NCBI RefSeq assembly: GCF_016127575.1
Contig: NZ_CP066019.1
Coordinates: 2,700,001 to 2,732,000 of the forward strand
Length of the DNA: 32,000 nt
Source: Cupriavidus necator
Lineage (GTDB): Bacteria > Pseudomonadota > Gammaproteobacteria > Burkholderiales > Burkholderiaceae
Direction of reading: 5' to 3'
Made by a program: the position numbers and the translations under genes. The notes beneath the pieces were generated by a model. It made no database searches. It was given only the letters and a program-made list of their open reading frames with translations, and had not been told where the DNA came from. Each line of letters begins with the position of its first letter. Position 1 is the stretch's first letter. Shown here in pieces: positions 1 to 7,881 of this stretch.

Positions 1-543
1 GGCGCCCAAGCCGGCAAGCTTATCGTCGATCCTCTCGACGCGGAGCGCTCGATGCTCGAAGCAGTGCGATATAACAAGCTGGGTGTCGTTCACTACGCGC
101 TGGAAGGGGATATTCCTGCCGAGCTGGAGTTCTCAGGCCGTCAGTCAACGACTCGCATTGCGACCTGGCAACAGTTGCCGGCGGCACCGATCGCAGGACG
201 TTCGCACGCGCAACTCTACTGTCAGCTGACACCCGAGGCAGCCGAAGAAGCGGATCGCCTCGGCCTGGCCGATTCGCTCGACACCCTTATCCGGTCGGAA
301 GTCAGGCAGCGCATTCCCCGCTTCGATAGTCGAGTGCACACTATTGTCAACCAGTGGATTCCGTACAAGCTGCCGATCTTCTACCCTGGCTATTGCCGGA
401 AGGTGGCCGACTTTCTCACCTGGCAGTCTGCCGCGAGACGATCCGTCTACTACTGCGGGGATTACCTGTCCCAAGCGCTCCTGACCGGAGCTTGTGCAAG
501 CGGCGACTCAATCGCAAAAGCAATCCTGGCGCACCACGGTTAG
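1..543 (+). CDS. FAD-dependent oxidoreductase, amine-oxidase fold (3' part only; gene starts upstream of the window)
   Basis: Frame 1 is open from base 1 through the listed Met at 52 to TAG 541-543, so the ORF is truncated by the window edge. The C-terminal ...YYCGDYLSQALLTGACASGDSIAKAIL resembles the C-terminal FAD-contact segment of amine oxidase / protoporphyrinogen-oxidase-like flavoproteins. Recognised from memory only. Confidence 0.55.
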   Translation, partial: GAQAGKLIVDPLDAERSMLEAVRYNKLGVVHYALEGDIPAELEFSGRQSTTRIATWQQLPAAPIAGRSHAQLYCQLTPEAAEEADRLGLADSLDTLIRSEVRQRIPRFDSRVHTIVNQWIPYKLPIFYPGYCRKVADFLTWQSAARRSVYYCGDYLSQALLTGACASGDSIAKAILAHHG

Positions 544-609
544 CTCATGGTTCACCAAGGACTGGCTTGGCAAGTAGGATTCAGGCATATCCGGTGCCGC
601 TGATGAGAA

Positions 610-640
610 ACCCCGGCCACGTTGTGATCCGGGGTATTTG
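610..640 (+). terminator. Candidate intrinsic terminator after the oxidoreductase gene
   Basis: ACCCCGG (610-616) pairs with CCGGGGT (629-635) around a 12-nt loop, followed by ATTTG. It lies 67 nt after the stop codon. Confidence 0.4.
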
Positions 641-752
641 GAAGAACTGCTCACGGCCCCGCGAACCTATTCGTTCGCGGAACGCGCAGAAGACCCGCTA
701 GCGGTCACGAAATACCCTGAAATTTAGCGAGCCAGACTTTCAGCTGCAACGG

Positions 753-2060
753 TCAGGAGATGTTTCCCGCGACTCGCATCTCCTTGTTCTCCTCGCTTAC
801 GAATTCGTCATCACCTTGCAGTACCCGGCGAGCTTGCGTAAGGTCGAGGTGACCTTCCCACGCTGCGATTGCTACCGCACCTACACAGTTTCCGATCAGG
901 TTGAGCGCCACCCGGAAGAAGCCCATCAGCTTGTCCACCGACAGGATAAGCGCCACACCCAAAACGGGAATTGCGGGGATGGCAGTCAACGTCGCTGCGA
1001 GCACGACAGTCGCCGACCCGGGGATGCCATGCGCGCCCTTGGAAGTCAGGAGAGAGACCAGGAGAATCAGGGCGAGGGTTCCACCTTCCAACGGCGTGTT
1101 GGTCGCCTGTGCAATGAAGATGACGGCGCACGTCAGCCAAATCGAGAAACCGTCGAGGTTGAACGAGTATCCCGTCGGAATAACAAGCCCCACCGTAGTC
1201 TCTTTCACACCAAGGTGGCGCAACTTTGCCATCACCAGCGGCATCACGGCATCCGATGAACTCGAGCCCAGGGCGATGAGCAGCTCGCTCTTCAGGTAGC
1301 CGATGAACTTGAACAGGCTAAGACCGGAAAGCCGCATCACCACACCCAGCACAAGGAACAGGAAGATTGCGCATGCGGCATAGTAGGCCAGGACCAGTTG
1401 GCCAAGCTGCTGGATGGTGGCAAAGCCAAACTTTCCGACGGTGAAGGCCATCGCCCCTGCAACGCCGAGCGGCGACAGACGAACAATGAAGCCAATGACA
1501 CGAAAAAGGACTTCGGAAAGGCTGTCCATCAGCTGACCCACCATCTTTCCTTTTTCACCGGCGATTTGAAGCGCGCAGCCGAACAGGACTGCAATCAAAA
1601 GCACCTGCAAAATGTCGCCCTTCGCGAAAGCCGAAAGGAAAGTGGACGGAATGATGTTCAGCAAGAAGCTCTTTACGTCCGAAACGTGTGAGGCATTCTC
1701 GACGAAGGTTTGTATCGACTTCGGATCCAGCGTGGATACATCGATATTCATGCCTACGCCAGGCTTCAAGACGTACGTGACGAAGACCCCAATCAGTAGC
1801 GCAATTGTCGTGACAATTTCAAAGTAGATAATTGTCTTGAGCGCTACACGCCCCGCCGTCTTCAGATCCCCTGCATGCAGGATCCCAGTCACGACGAAAC
1901 AGAAAACAATGGGCGCAAGCATCATCTTGATGAGCTTGATAAATGCTTCCGCCAGTGGCAGCAGTTGCACCCCAAAGGACGGGTACACGAAACCAATAAG
2001 CGCGCCAACTGCAAAGCCCAAGAGGACCTGGATATGTAACTTCTTCAGATACTTAAACAC
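753..2060 (-). CDS. dctA: C4-dicarboxylate / amino acid:cation symporter (DAACS family, DctA-like)
   Basis: Near full-length resemblance to E. coli DctA: ...FIKLIKMMLAPIVFCFVVTGI..., VIPTGYSFNLDG, SSKGAHGIPGS. The ORF is open up to a TTG at 2144. A GTG at 2060 is preceded by GGTGGAGA and gives an N-terminus (M)FKYLKKLHIQVLLG that aligns with the DctA start MKTSLFKSLYFQVL. That start also removes the 22-nt overlap with allA. Confidence 0.9.
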   Translation of the reverse strand: MFKYLKKLHIQVLLGFAVGALIGFVYPSFGVQLLPLAEAFIKLIKMMLAPIVFCFVVTGILHAGDLKTAGRVALKTIIYFEIVTTIALLIGVFVTYVLKPGVGMNIDVSTLDPKSIQTFVENASHVSDVKSFLLNIIPSTFLSAFAKGDILQVLLIAVLFGCALQIAGEKGKMVGQLMDSLSEVLFRVIGFIVRLSPLGVAGAMAFTVGKFGFATIQQLGQLVLAYYAACAIFLFLVLGVVMRLSGLSLFKFIGYLKSELLIALGSSSSDAVMPLVMAKLRHLGVKETTVGLVIPTGYSFNLDGFSIWLTCAVIFIAQATNTPLEGGTLALILLVSLLTSKGAHGIPGSATVVLAATLTAIPAIPVLGVALILSVDKLMGFFRVALNLIGNCVGAVAIAAWEGHLDLTQARRVLQGDDEFVSEENKEMRVAGNIS

Positions 2061-2122
2061 AATTTTTCTCCACCATCCGCCTTCGAAGCCATCGTTGATT
2101 CCGACGGGTTCTTCGCTGTTAC

Positions 2123-2671
2123 TTACTTCTCTGCGGTGCCGCAACCGAGAATTGCATGTTCCATTTCCTGCCTGAACGCGGGAATCACCGGCCGCACCTC
2201 CTCTGGAAGCACAAACTTGTCGCAGTTCGGACCGGCGCCGATCCGGTCAACCACAACGAAGTCACAAGCTTCGGTGGGCAACAGCACGTGATGCCAAACA
2301 CCTGGGGCGTAATTGATGCCTTGCCCTGGTTTGGCGATGAAGGCGCGGACCTCGGCCGCATCCACCGAAACTCCCCGGGGAGCGACCACTACGATAAAAC
2401 TGGTCGGCTTCATGGGAATGAAGGCTTGGCTCGACAATGGGTGACGTTCGAGGAACACCACCTCCAACGGCAATACGTACGGCTTTGCGCGCATGATGCT
2501 GATGCCAGCCTTACCACCAAGAGCCAGAGCATCAACCACGGCGAGGTCATGGTAGCGCTCAACCATGCCTTCGTTGATGTGATGGAAGGCGCCCGGGGAA
2601 GCCTCAATGACCTCGCCGAACGGCGAAAAGGCCGCCTTGGTCAAGGGCTCCAATTTCAGGGTGATACGCAT
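2123..2671 (-). CDS. allA: Ureidoglycolate lyase (AllA family)
   Basis: MRITLKLEPLTKAAFSPFGEVIEA...HHINEGMVERYHDLA...LERHPLSSQAFIPM...GINYAPGVWHH matches the AllA signature over the whole length. AAAGGAGAC Shine-Dalgarno lies before the ATG at 2671. Confidence 0.85.
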   Translation of the reverse strand: MRITLKLEPLTKAAFSPFGEVIEASPGAFHHINEGMVERYHDLAVVDALALGGKAGISIMRAKPYVLPLEVVFLERHPLSSQAFIPMKPTSFIVVVAPRGVSVDAAEVRAFIAKPGQGINYAPGVWHHVLLPTEACDFVVVDRIGAGPNCDKFVLPEEVRPVIPAFRQEMEHAILGCGTAEK

Positions 2672-2712
2672 AGGTCTCCTTTTATGCTTATGACTTTGTC
2701 AGGTTCCGGCCA

Positions 2713-2729
2713 TACTGGTCTGACCAGTA
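2713..2729. promoter_or_regulatory. Operator O1: perfect 17-nt palindrome TACTGGTCTGACCAGTA (putative GntR site)
   Basis: Read directly from the sequence. It lies 3 nt downstream of the -10 of the allA-dctA promoter. The same motif recurs at 5628-5652 and 15078-15094. Confidence 0.6.
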
Positions 2730-2732
2730 ATA

Positions 2733-2761
2733 ACTGTAGACTTGCCAGAAAGCTCGGTCAA
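2733..2761 (-). promoter_or_regulatory. Sigma70-type promoter for allA-dctA (TTGACC-17-TACAGT)
   Basis: On the minus strand, TTGACC is at 2761-2756, followed by a 17-nt spacer and TACAGT at 2738-2733, upstream of the allA ATG (2671). Confidence 0.5.
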
Positions 2762-2791
2762 GTGCTATATGTGATAATTATCAGACCAGTA
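2742..2791 (+). promoter_or_regulatory. Possible gntR promoter (TTGCCA-18-TATATG) plus half-degenerate operator TAATTATcagACCAGTA (2775-2791)
   Basis: TTGCCA is at 2742-2747 and TATATG at 2766-2771. The right arm plus spacer, CAGACCAGTA, is identical to O1; the left arm matches 4 of 7. This would give autoregulation. Confidence 0.3.
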
Positions 2792-2795
2792 TGAA

Positions 2796-3593
2796 GTGTC
2801 ACCTACACAGACTATGAAAGCGACTTCCGCTGCATTGGCACCCAAGGCGCCGCTGACTGCTCCCGCGCCACCAGGGCGTCGGCCACCTATCGCATTGCGC
2901 ACGCCTGTCACGCAGCACGCCTTGGAGCGCATGCAGACATCCATCTACAGCGGCGAATGGGCGGCGGACAGCCAGATCCCCTCACAGCGTGAGTTGGCTG
3001 AGCTGCTCGGCGTAAGCCGCTCTTCCTTGCGCGAGGCAATTTCCTCGCTGGAGGGAATGGGGCTGGTGCGGGTAGAGCCCGGCAGAGGCGTGTTTGTAGC
3101 ATCGCTCGAGCAGCAGGCTGCCGTCGGCAGAAACTCTGAAGTTCATCAGATCGACCATACACCGAGTGAACTTTATGAGGCACGCCTGTTGATGGAAGGT
3201 TGGGCCGCCGCCCTCGCATCCATCCATATCACCGATGACGACATCGCCGCCCTACGAAAACTGCTGGGGGAGATGGAAATCACGGTAAAGGACCACGATG
3301 TCACACGGCTGAACCAGCTGGATTTCGAGTTTCACTCGCTGATAGCTTCTTGCTGCGGCAATCGCCTGATTCGTGCACTACTTGCTCCGATTTTCTCGGA
3401 GGAAGAAATGAGCGCCCCGCGCCTTTCCGACACGGCATTCCTGAGCAGCCGCGTCAAAGAGCACAAGGAAATCGTGGAAGCCTTGGCAACGCGCAACCCT
3501 GGCCTCGCTCAAATGGCCATGCGTAACCATGTCCTGCGCAGCGCAAAGCGTGTCCAGGTAGAGCTGCCTGAGCACGTACATCAGCTGCCTTGA
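2796..3593 (+). CDS. GntR-family transcriptional regulator, FadR/FCD subfamily
   Basis: The N-terminal winged HTH reads IPSQRELAELLGVSRSSLREAISSLEGMGLVRVEPGRGVFV. The C-terminal FCD-type motif is LDFEFHSLIASCCGNRLI. The start may be GTG 2796 or ATG 2814; no clear SD precedes either. Confidence 0.85.
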   Translation: MSPTQTMKATSAALAPKAPLTAPAPPGRRPPIALRTPVTQHALERMQTSIYSGEWAADSQIPSQRELAELLGVSRSSLREAISSLEGMGLVRVEPGRGVFVASLEQQAAVGRNSEVHQIDHTPSELYEARLLMEGWAAALASIHITDDDIAALRKLLGEMEITVKDHDVTRLNQLDFEFHSLIASCCGNRLIRALLAPIFSEEEMSAPRLSDTAFLSSRVKEHKEIVEALATRNPGLAQMAMRNHVLRSAKRVQVELPEHVHQLP

Positions 3594-3609
3594 TGCACCA
3601 CAACTGCAT

Positions 3610-3640
3610 GCCGTTGGCGGGACCGTCGCCTGCCAACGGC
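3610..3640. terminator. Hairpin between the convergent gntR and allE-like genes
   Basis: GCCGTTGGC (3610-3618) pairs with GCCAACGGC (3632-3640) in a 9-bp GC-rich stem. There is no U-tract, as is common in high-GC Burkholderiales. Confidence 0.4.
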
Positions 3641-3651
3641 CGCAGCATGCG

Positions 3652-4425
3652 TCAGAAGGTGAAATCGCGATTCACGTTCTTGTAGAGCAGGTATGTCGCC
3701 TTGGACCAACCGGTGGCATAGAAGAACTGCGGACAGAACGGTGCCATGTAGATGAAGTCCTCCGCCCAGCACTCGTGCCAGTCATTTTGCAGTAGGTACA
3801 TCCCCTGCCCTTCCAGCATATAGAGCCCATGTTCCATGACATGCGTTTCCACCATGGGAAAGTAATTGCCAGGCTCGAAGCTCAGGATGTTGATGGCAAA
3901 GTCGAACGCCGGATTTTCATCGGGCAACAGATGCTGCCAGGTTCGGCCCTTGGTGTGCTTGTTCACCTTCTCGACATTTTGCTCGTGTGAAACCAGGGCT
4001 GCCGGGGCTTCCACGCCTTCGAGGCGTTCATAAGGTTTCTTGATCCATACGACGCGCGCTTCGTCGGCGCCCGGGTTGTACACACGTACGCCAGTTCCCG
4101 CGGGCGCGTATGCGAAGCCCCCTGCCTTGAGCTCGTGTGTCTTGCCCTCCAGTTCGAGCGACACATTGCCTGAAACAACGTAAAAGAAGGCCTGCATACC
4201 GTCGTTTCGCAGGGTCGTCATTCCGCCGCCACCCTGGATCTGCAGCAGCAGCTGGGCAAACTTCGCGCCCAGACCTGGCGTAGCTTGAACGCTGATGGTG
4301 GTCTTCTCAATCCCCGGAATACGGCTTTCCAGAATGCCCTCAGGAGGCATCACCGCATAGTGAGTCGTTACGGCCGCACGATGATGAGCGAACACACCGG
4401 GGGGCTGAATTTGCCGCTTCGTCAT
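3652..4425 (-). CDS. Bicupin, (S)-ureidoglycine aminohydrolase family (AllE/YlbA-like)
   Basis: Colinear with E. coli AllE/YlbA: IPG...ATPGLGAKF...FFYVVSGN...GGFAYAP...ILSFEPG...ETHVMEHGLYMLEGQGMY...DFIYM...YKNVNRD. I chose the ATG at 4425 (AAGGAG 8 nt upstream) over the ORF-track start at 4467. Confidence 0.75.
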   Translation of the reverse strand: MTKRQIQPPGVFAHHRAAVTTHYAVMPPEGILESRIPGIEKTTISVQATPGLGAKFAQLLLQIQGGGGMTTLRNDGMQAFFYVVSGNVSLELEGKTHELKAGGFAYAPAGTGVRVYNPGADEARVVWIKKPYERLEGVEAPAALVSHEQNVEKVNKHTKGRTWQHLLPDENPAFDFAINILSFEPGNYFPMVETHVMEHGLYMLEGQGMYLLQNDWHECWAEDFIYMAPFCPQFFYATGWSKATYLLYKNVNRDFTF

Positions 4426-4453
4426 TTTTTTGAACTCCTTGGGTAGGTGAGGG

Positions 4454-4474
4454 AAGCACCATGGCATGGTGCTT
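4454..4474 (-). other. Intercistronic hairpin between the porin and allE-like genes
   Basis: AAGCACCAT-GGC-ATGGTGCTT forms a 9-bp stem. It starts 5 nt after the porin stop and ends 29 nt before the allE-like ATG. No U-tract follows it. Confidence 0.4.
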
Positions 4475-4478
4475 GAGG

Positions 4479-5606
4479 TTAGAAGCGATGGCGCAATCCG
4501 ACAGAAGCGCCGAATGGGTCGGCGCCAGCGGCCGCTCCGGTGCGGCCGTTGGAAAAGTCATACTTGGCCGCCGCCTGATTGAGAATCTTCGATATCGTTG
4601 TGCGAATCATTGTTCGCTTACTCAGGTTGTAGTTGTAGCCGAGCGTCCACAACTGTGCGCCGGTCTGGCTGCTCGAACCACAGTTGACTCCGTTGCCTCC
4701 CGTGTCCCCTTGGCAACGAACATCATTCGCACGCCCGTACATGGCGTAGATTTCGTGGGCTCCCCAGTCATATTCGGTAACAAAAGCCCACGCATCCCGG
4801 CGCAAGCGGCCGTCACCATTGGAGAACTGGCCATCGCTGACCGAACGGTCATACAGACCGCCGATGAGCCACCGCTCTGTCACCTGGTACTTCACGCCGA
4901 CGCGATGTTTTTGGTCGTGGCCATTGGTCTGTGCCAGGCCGGCCTTGTTCTTGTCGTGTCTGTCCTCGTACGCATAAGCGACGTAGAAGGGACCTCTTGC
5001 ATAGGCAAGCCCGGCACCAATGACGTGGTCGTTGCGGCCGGTCCCGTCGGCGCGGACCTCTCCAAATCCATACTGCGCGCCTACCTCGATCCCATAGAAG
5101 GACGCCGAACGGTAGCGCACCGAGTTTTGCAACCGTGAATCGTGGTCGGTCGAAATGCCGTTCATGCTCGAAACCAACGACTGCAACGCCCCGATGCCCG
5201 TATTTGCGCCTGGCGTAAGATCAAGGGCGTTGCCCAGTGCGCGCACGCTGGTAGTGTTCACACCCAGCGTGAGAGCCCCCACCGGCCGATGGCGCAGTCC
5301 TACGAACGTATCTCGATTAAAGAAGGGCGTGCTGGACGCACCAGAATCAATCGAAAAGTTGCCTTCCAGCTGGAAGAAGGCGTCCAGACCGCCGCCTAAA
5401 TCTTCTGAACCCCGGATACCCCAGTACGACCCTTGCGAACTCAGTCGGGTAGTTCCCGGCTTGTCAGCCGCCGGGCCCGCAGTCGCGCCCTTGGCGCTTA
5501 CATAGTCAATCGCAGCGTCAGCCACGCCATAGAGCGTCACGCTACCCTGCGCTGCGGCGCCGGCCGTGAGTGCCGATAGGACTCCGCCCACCAGTATACG
5601 TTTCAC
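4479..5606 (-). CDS. Outer-membrane general porin (Gram-negative trimeric porin, Burkholderiales type)
   Basis: The signal peptide is KRILVGGVLSALTAGAAAQG, followed by SVTLYGVADAAIDY. The sequence alternates in beta-strand pattern and is rich in G, Y and N, with a C-terminal ...VGLRHRF. The likely start is GTG 5606, preceded by GGGGAGAGAG. The ORF-track extension to 5687 runs through the promoter and operator. Confidence 0.85.
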   Translation of the reverse strand: MKRILVGGVLSALTAGAAAQGSVTLYGVADAAIDYVSAKGATAGPAADKPGTTRLSSQGSYWGIRGSEDLGGGLDAFFQLEGNFSIDSGASSTPFFNRDTFVGLRHRPVGALTLGVNTTSVRALGNALDLTPGANTGIGALQSLVSSMNGISTDHDSRLQNSVRYRSASFYGIEVGAQYGFGEVRADGTGRNDHVIGAGLAYARGPFYVAYAYEDRHDKNKAGLAQTNGHDQKHRVGVKYQVTERWLIGGLYDRSVSDGQFSNGDGRLRRDAWAFVTEYDWGAHEIYAMYGRANDVRCQGDTGGNGVNCGSSSQTGAQLWTLGYNYNLSKRTMIRTTISKILNQAAAKYDFSNGRTGAAAGADPFGASVGLRHRF

Positions 5607-5627
5607 ATCTCTCTCCCCGTTGTTATT

Positions 5628-5652
5628 ATCATACTGGTCATACCAGTATGAT
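5628..5652. promoter_or_regulatory. Operator O2: ATCATACTGGT-CAT-ACCAGTATGAT (11-nt inverted arms)
   Basis: Read directly from the sequence. It sits between the divergent porin (start 5606, minus) and amidase (start 5704, plus) genes and directly abuts the -10 of the porin promoter. An extra half-site ACCAGTATA is at 5590-5598. Confidence 0.6.
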
Positions 5653-5681
5653 ACGATACTCACACGTGTTGGCAGAGTCAA
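5653..5681 (-). promoter_or_regulatory. Sigma70-type promoter for porin-allE (TTGACT-17-TATCGT)
   Basis: On the minus strand, TTGACT is at 5681-5676, followed by a 17-nt spacer and TATCGT at 5658-5653. Confidence 0.45.
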
Positions 5682-5703
5682 GCACACTTTCGAGGAGAGG
5701 CTG

Positions 5704-6687
5704 ATGAACGGCTTGGGTGGGTTAAATCAGACTGAAAACGGGGTCATCGTGGGGCTGCTGCAGCTTCGGAAAGCGGATATCGCAACGGCGGAGGACCTGC
5801 GCCTCTCTGCCGAGAGGCTCGCCTCGTTTGTGCACCAGGTAAAGGCGGGGCGCCCAAATGTCGACATCATTGTCTTTCCCGAGTATTCGCTCAATGGCGC
5901 CTCGAAGGCGTTGAGCGCTGATCTCCAGTGCACTGTGGATGGACCCCATGTTGGCGTGCTTCGTGACGCGTGTCGCCTGGCAAACGTATGGGCATGCTTC
6001 TCCTTCATGGAACTCAACCCGGGCGGCAACCCGTACAACTCAGCGATTCTGGTCAACAATGAAGGCCAAGTCTGCTTGCACTACCGCAAACTTCACCCGT
6101 GGGTTCCTGCAGAGCCGTGGGCGCCGGGGAACCTTGGCATACCGGTGTGTGAAGGACCCAAGGGTTCCAAGATTGCCGTCGTCATCTGCCATGACGGGAT
6201 GTTTCCCGAGGTCGCTCGGGAGTGCGCCTACAAGGGCGCCGAGTTGATGATTCGCATCGCCGGCTACTCTTCGTCACTGCGTCATCAATGGCACCTGACC
6301 GCACAGGCCGATGCCTTTTGCAACCTGATGTACACAGCAAGCGTTTGCGGATGCTCAGCCTCTGGCCCATTTGGTGGAATGGGCGAGGCCATCGTCGTGG
6401 GTTTCGATGGAGTACCAATCCGCCACGGCAGCAACAAGGAAAATGAATTGATTACTGCCGAAATCCGACCGGACCTGGTACGCGAGGCACGCCGAACCTG
6501 GGGTGCTGAAAACAATATCTACCAGCTGGGCCACAGAGGCTTCGTGGCCGTCAGCGGCGGCGCGAACGACTGCCCGTATACGTACATGCAAGACCTGGTC
6601 GCTGGGCGGTACAGTCTGCCGTGGGAAGATGAAGTCCTCGTAAAGGATGGCACGATGGCCGGACACCCTCCCCCACGGCGAACGTGA
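5704..6687 (+). CDS. Nitrilase-superfamily amidase, formamidase/aliphatic amidase branch (AmiF/AmiE-like)
   Basis: Glu-Lys-Cys triad contexts are VFPEYSL, YRKLHPW and VVICHDGMFPE. Long blocks match H. pylori AmiF as I remember it: PWVPAEPWAPGNLGIPVCEGPKGSKIAV, ENNIYQLGHRGFVA, DLVAGRYSLPWEDEVLVKDG. ATG 5704 is preceded by GAGGAGAGG. The ORF-track start at 5566 lies inside the porin gene and promoter. Confidence 0.8.
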   Translation: MNGLGGLNQTENGVIVGLLQLRKADIATAEDLRLSAERLASFVHQVKAGRPNVDIIVFPEYSLNGASKALSADLQCTVDGPHVGVLRDACRLANVWACFSFMELNPGGNPYNSAILVNNEGQVCLHYRKLHPWVPAEPWAPGNLGIPVCEGPKGSKIAVVICHDGMFPEVARECAYKGAELMIRIAGYSSSLRHQWHLTAQADAFCNLMYTASVCGCSASGPFGGMGEAIVVGFDGVPIRHGSNKENELITAEIRPDLVREARRTWGAENNIYQLGHRGFVAVSGGANDCPYTYMQDLVAGRYSLPWEDEVLVKDGTMAGHPPPRRT

Positions 6688-6700
6688 CGACCGGTGCCCA

Positions 6701-6719
6701 CTTCGCCAGGTTGGCGAAG
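6701..6719. terminator. Hairpin between the convergent amidase and allantoicase genes
   Basis: CTTCGCCA-GGT-TGGCGAAG forms an 8-bp stem, followed by CGGGTTTCC on the plus strand. Confidence 0.35.
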
Positions 6720-6740
6720 CGGGTTTCCAAATGGCTACGG

Positions 6741-7796
6741 TCAGCGCGCAATCAGTCCAGGCGCTCCCAGGAGCCGGAGTCTTGTCACTCCGCCGTCGGG
6801 GTAGATATTCAGTCTGACATGGGTGACGAGCGTATCCCGAAGCGCCGCGCTCAGCTCGACAGCATTCTGGCATCCGCCCTTCAGGTTACTGCGCCCTACC
6901 AGTTCCGGCCAGTACATCGCCTGGTTCAGAACCACCTCGTCGGTGGCACTTTCGAGGCATGCGCCTTGCAGCGAAAAGGCGGCAGGAAAGTTGCCCGTGT
7001 AGTAGGTCGTATCGACCAGGACGCGCTCCAGCGTCCCCGGTGCCGCCAAGGCAATCACGGCCCAGTCATGCCCCGGCTTCCTCAGACGCCTGGTTTCCCA
7101 GCCCTTGCCCCATTCCACTGAGGGACCTGGCGCAATCATGGCCCGTACCGCGCCGAAGTGCGTATCACTGCAACCTACAATGCGGGCACCGTTTTCCAGT
7201 GCCGCCAGATCGCACTGGCCAGCCGGACCGAGCGCCTCCGGCAGTTGGACCAGCCCAAAGACACGAAAGCGAGCCATCCCGCCGTCCGGAAAAATGTTCA
7301 GCCGGACATGTGTGAAGACCCCTCTTGCGTCGACTGAAACCAGTCGTTGGCTGTCCCCGGCAAGCTCGGTCGCGGGCACGAGCGCGGTCCATTCGACATC
7401 GGCGATATCGTCATCCGCCGAAATGGCGCAGGCTTGCACTGACGCGGCCAAAGGATAGTTGCCGGTGTAGAAGCTGGTGTCGAATCCTATCGCGGTGATC
7501 TGGCCTGGCCGGCCAAGCTTGATAACACACCATTCGTTGCCAGCCTTGCGTCGACGAGACGTCTCCCATCCATCTACCCAGCGCATCCCTTCGTCATCGT
7601 GATAGTAGTAGTTCGCCGCTTTCGGGTTGAGCATGCGCGATGCCGGCGCATACCACTCGTCGGACGCCGCTACGACTGTCGCGCCCAGACGCTCATCCGC
7701 CAGATCCACGTACGCCCGTTCACTGCGAAGGAACGCTTCCGAAGGTTCCGAACGCTGCCGAATCATGGTCCTGTCATTACTTCCGCCTGCCATCAT
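6741..7796 (-). CDS. alc: Allantoicase (allantoate amidinohydrolase), two-repeat architecture
   Basis: There are two internal repeats, each carrying the allantoicase signature: DGWETSRRRK...CVIKLG...FDTSFYTGNYP...VRLNIFPDGGMARFRVFG, then KGWETRRLRK...AVIALA...VDTTYYTGNFP...VRLNIYPDGGVTRLRLLG. The start is ATG 7796/7793, behind AGGGAGG. Confidence 0.85.
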   Translation of the reverse strand: MMAGGSNDRTMIRQRSEPSEAFLRSERAYVDLADERLGATVVAASDEWYAPASRMLNPKAANYYYHDDEGMRWVDGWETSRRRKAGNEWCVIKLGRPGQITAIGFDTSFYTGNYPLAASVQACAISADDDIADVEWTALVPATELAGDSQRLVSVDARGVFTHVRLNIFPDGGMARFRVFGLVQLPEALGPAGQCDLAALENGARIVGCSDTHFGAVRAMIAPGPSVEWGKGWETRRLRKPGHDWAVIALAAPGTLERVLVDTTYYTGNFPAAFSLQGACLESATDEVVLNQAMYWPELVGRSNLKGGCQNAVELSAALRDTLVTHVRLNIYPDGGVTRLRLLGAPGLIAR

Positions 7797-7881
7797 CTGC
7801 CTCCCTAAATTGTCCGCAATGCAGACTGATTGAATCCGCCGCACCCCAGCCAGAGCTGACATGCGGCGATACCTGACGGCG

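Noticed and set aside
4454-4474. Hairpin AAGCACCAT-GGC-ATGGTGCTT as a fourth GntR operator
   Set aside because: Its half-sites are ACCAT/ATGGT, in the opposite arrangement to TACTGGT-N3-ACCAGTA. It also lies between two co-transcribed genes rather than behind a promoter. It is more likely an RNA stem-loop.
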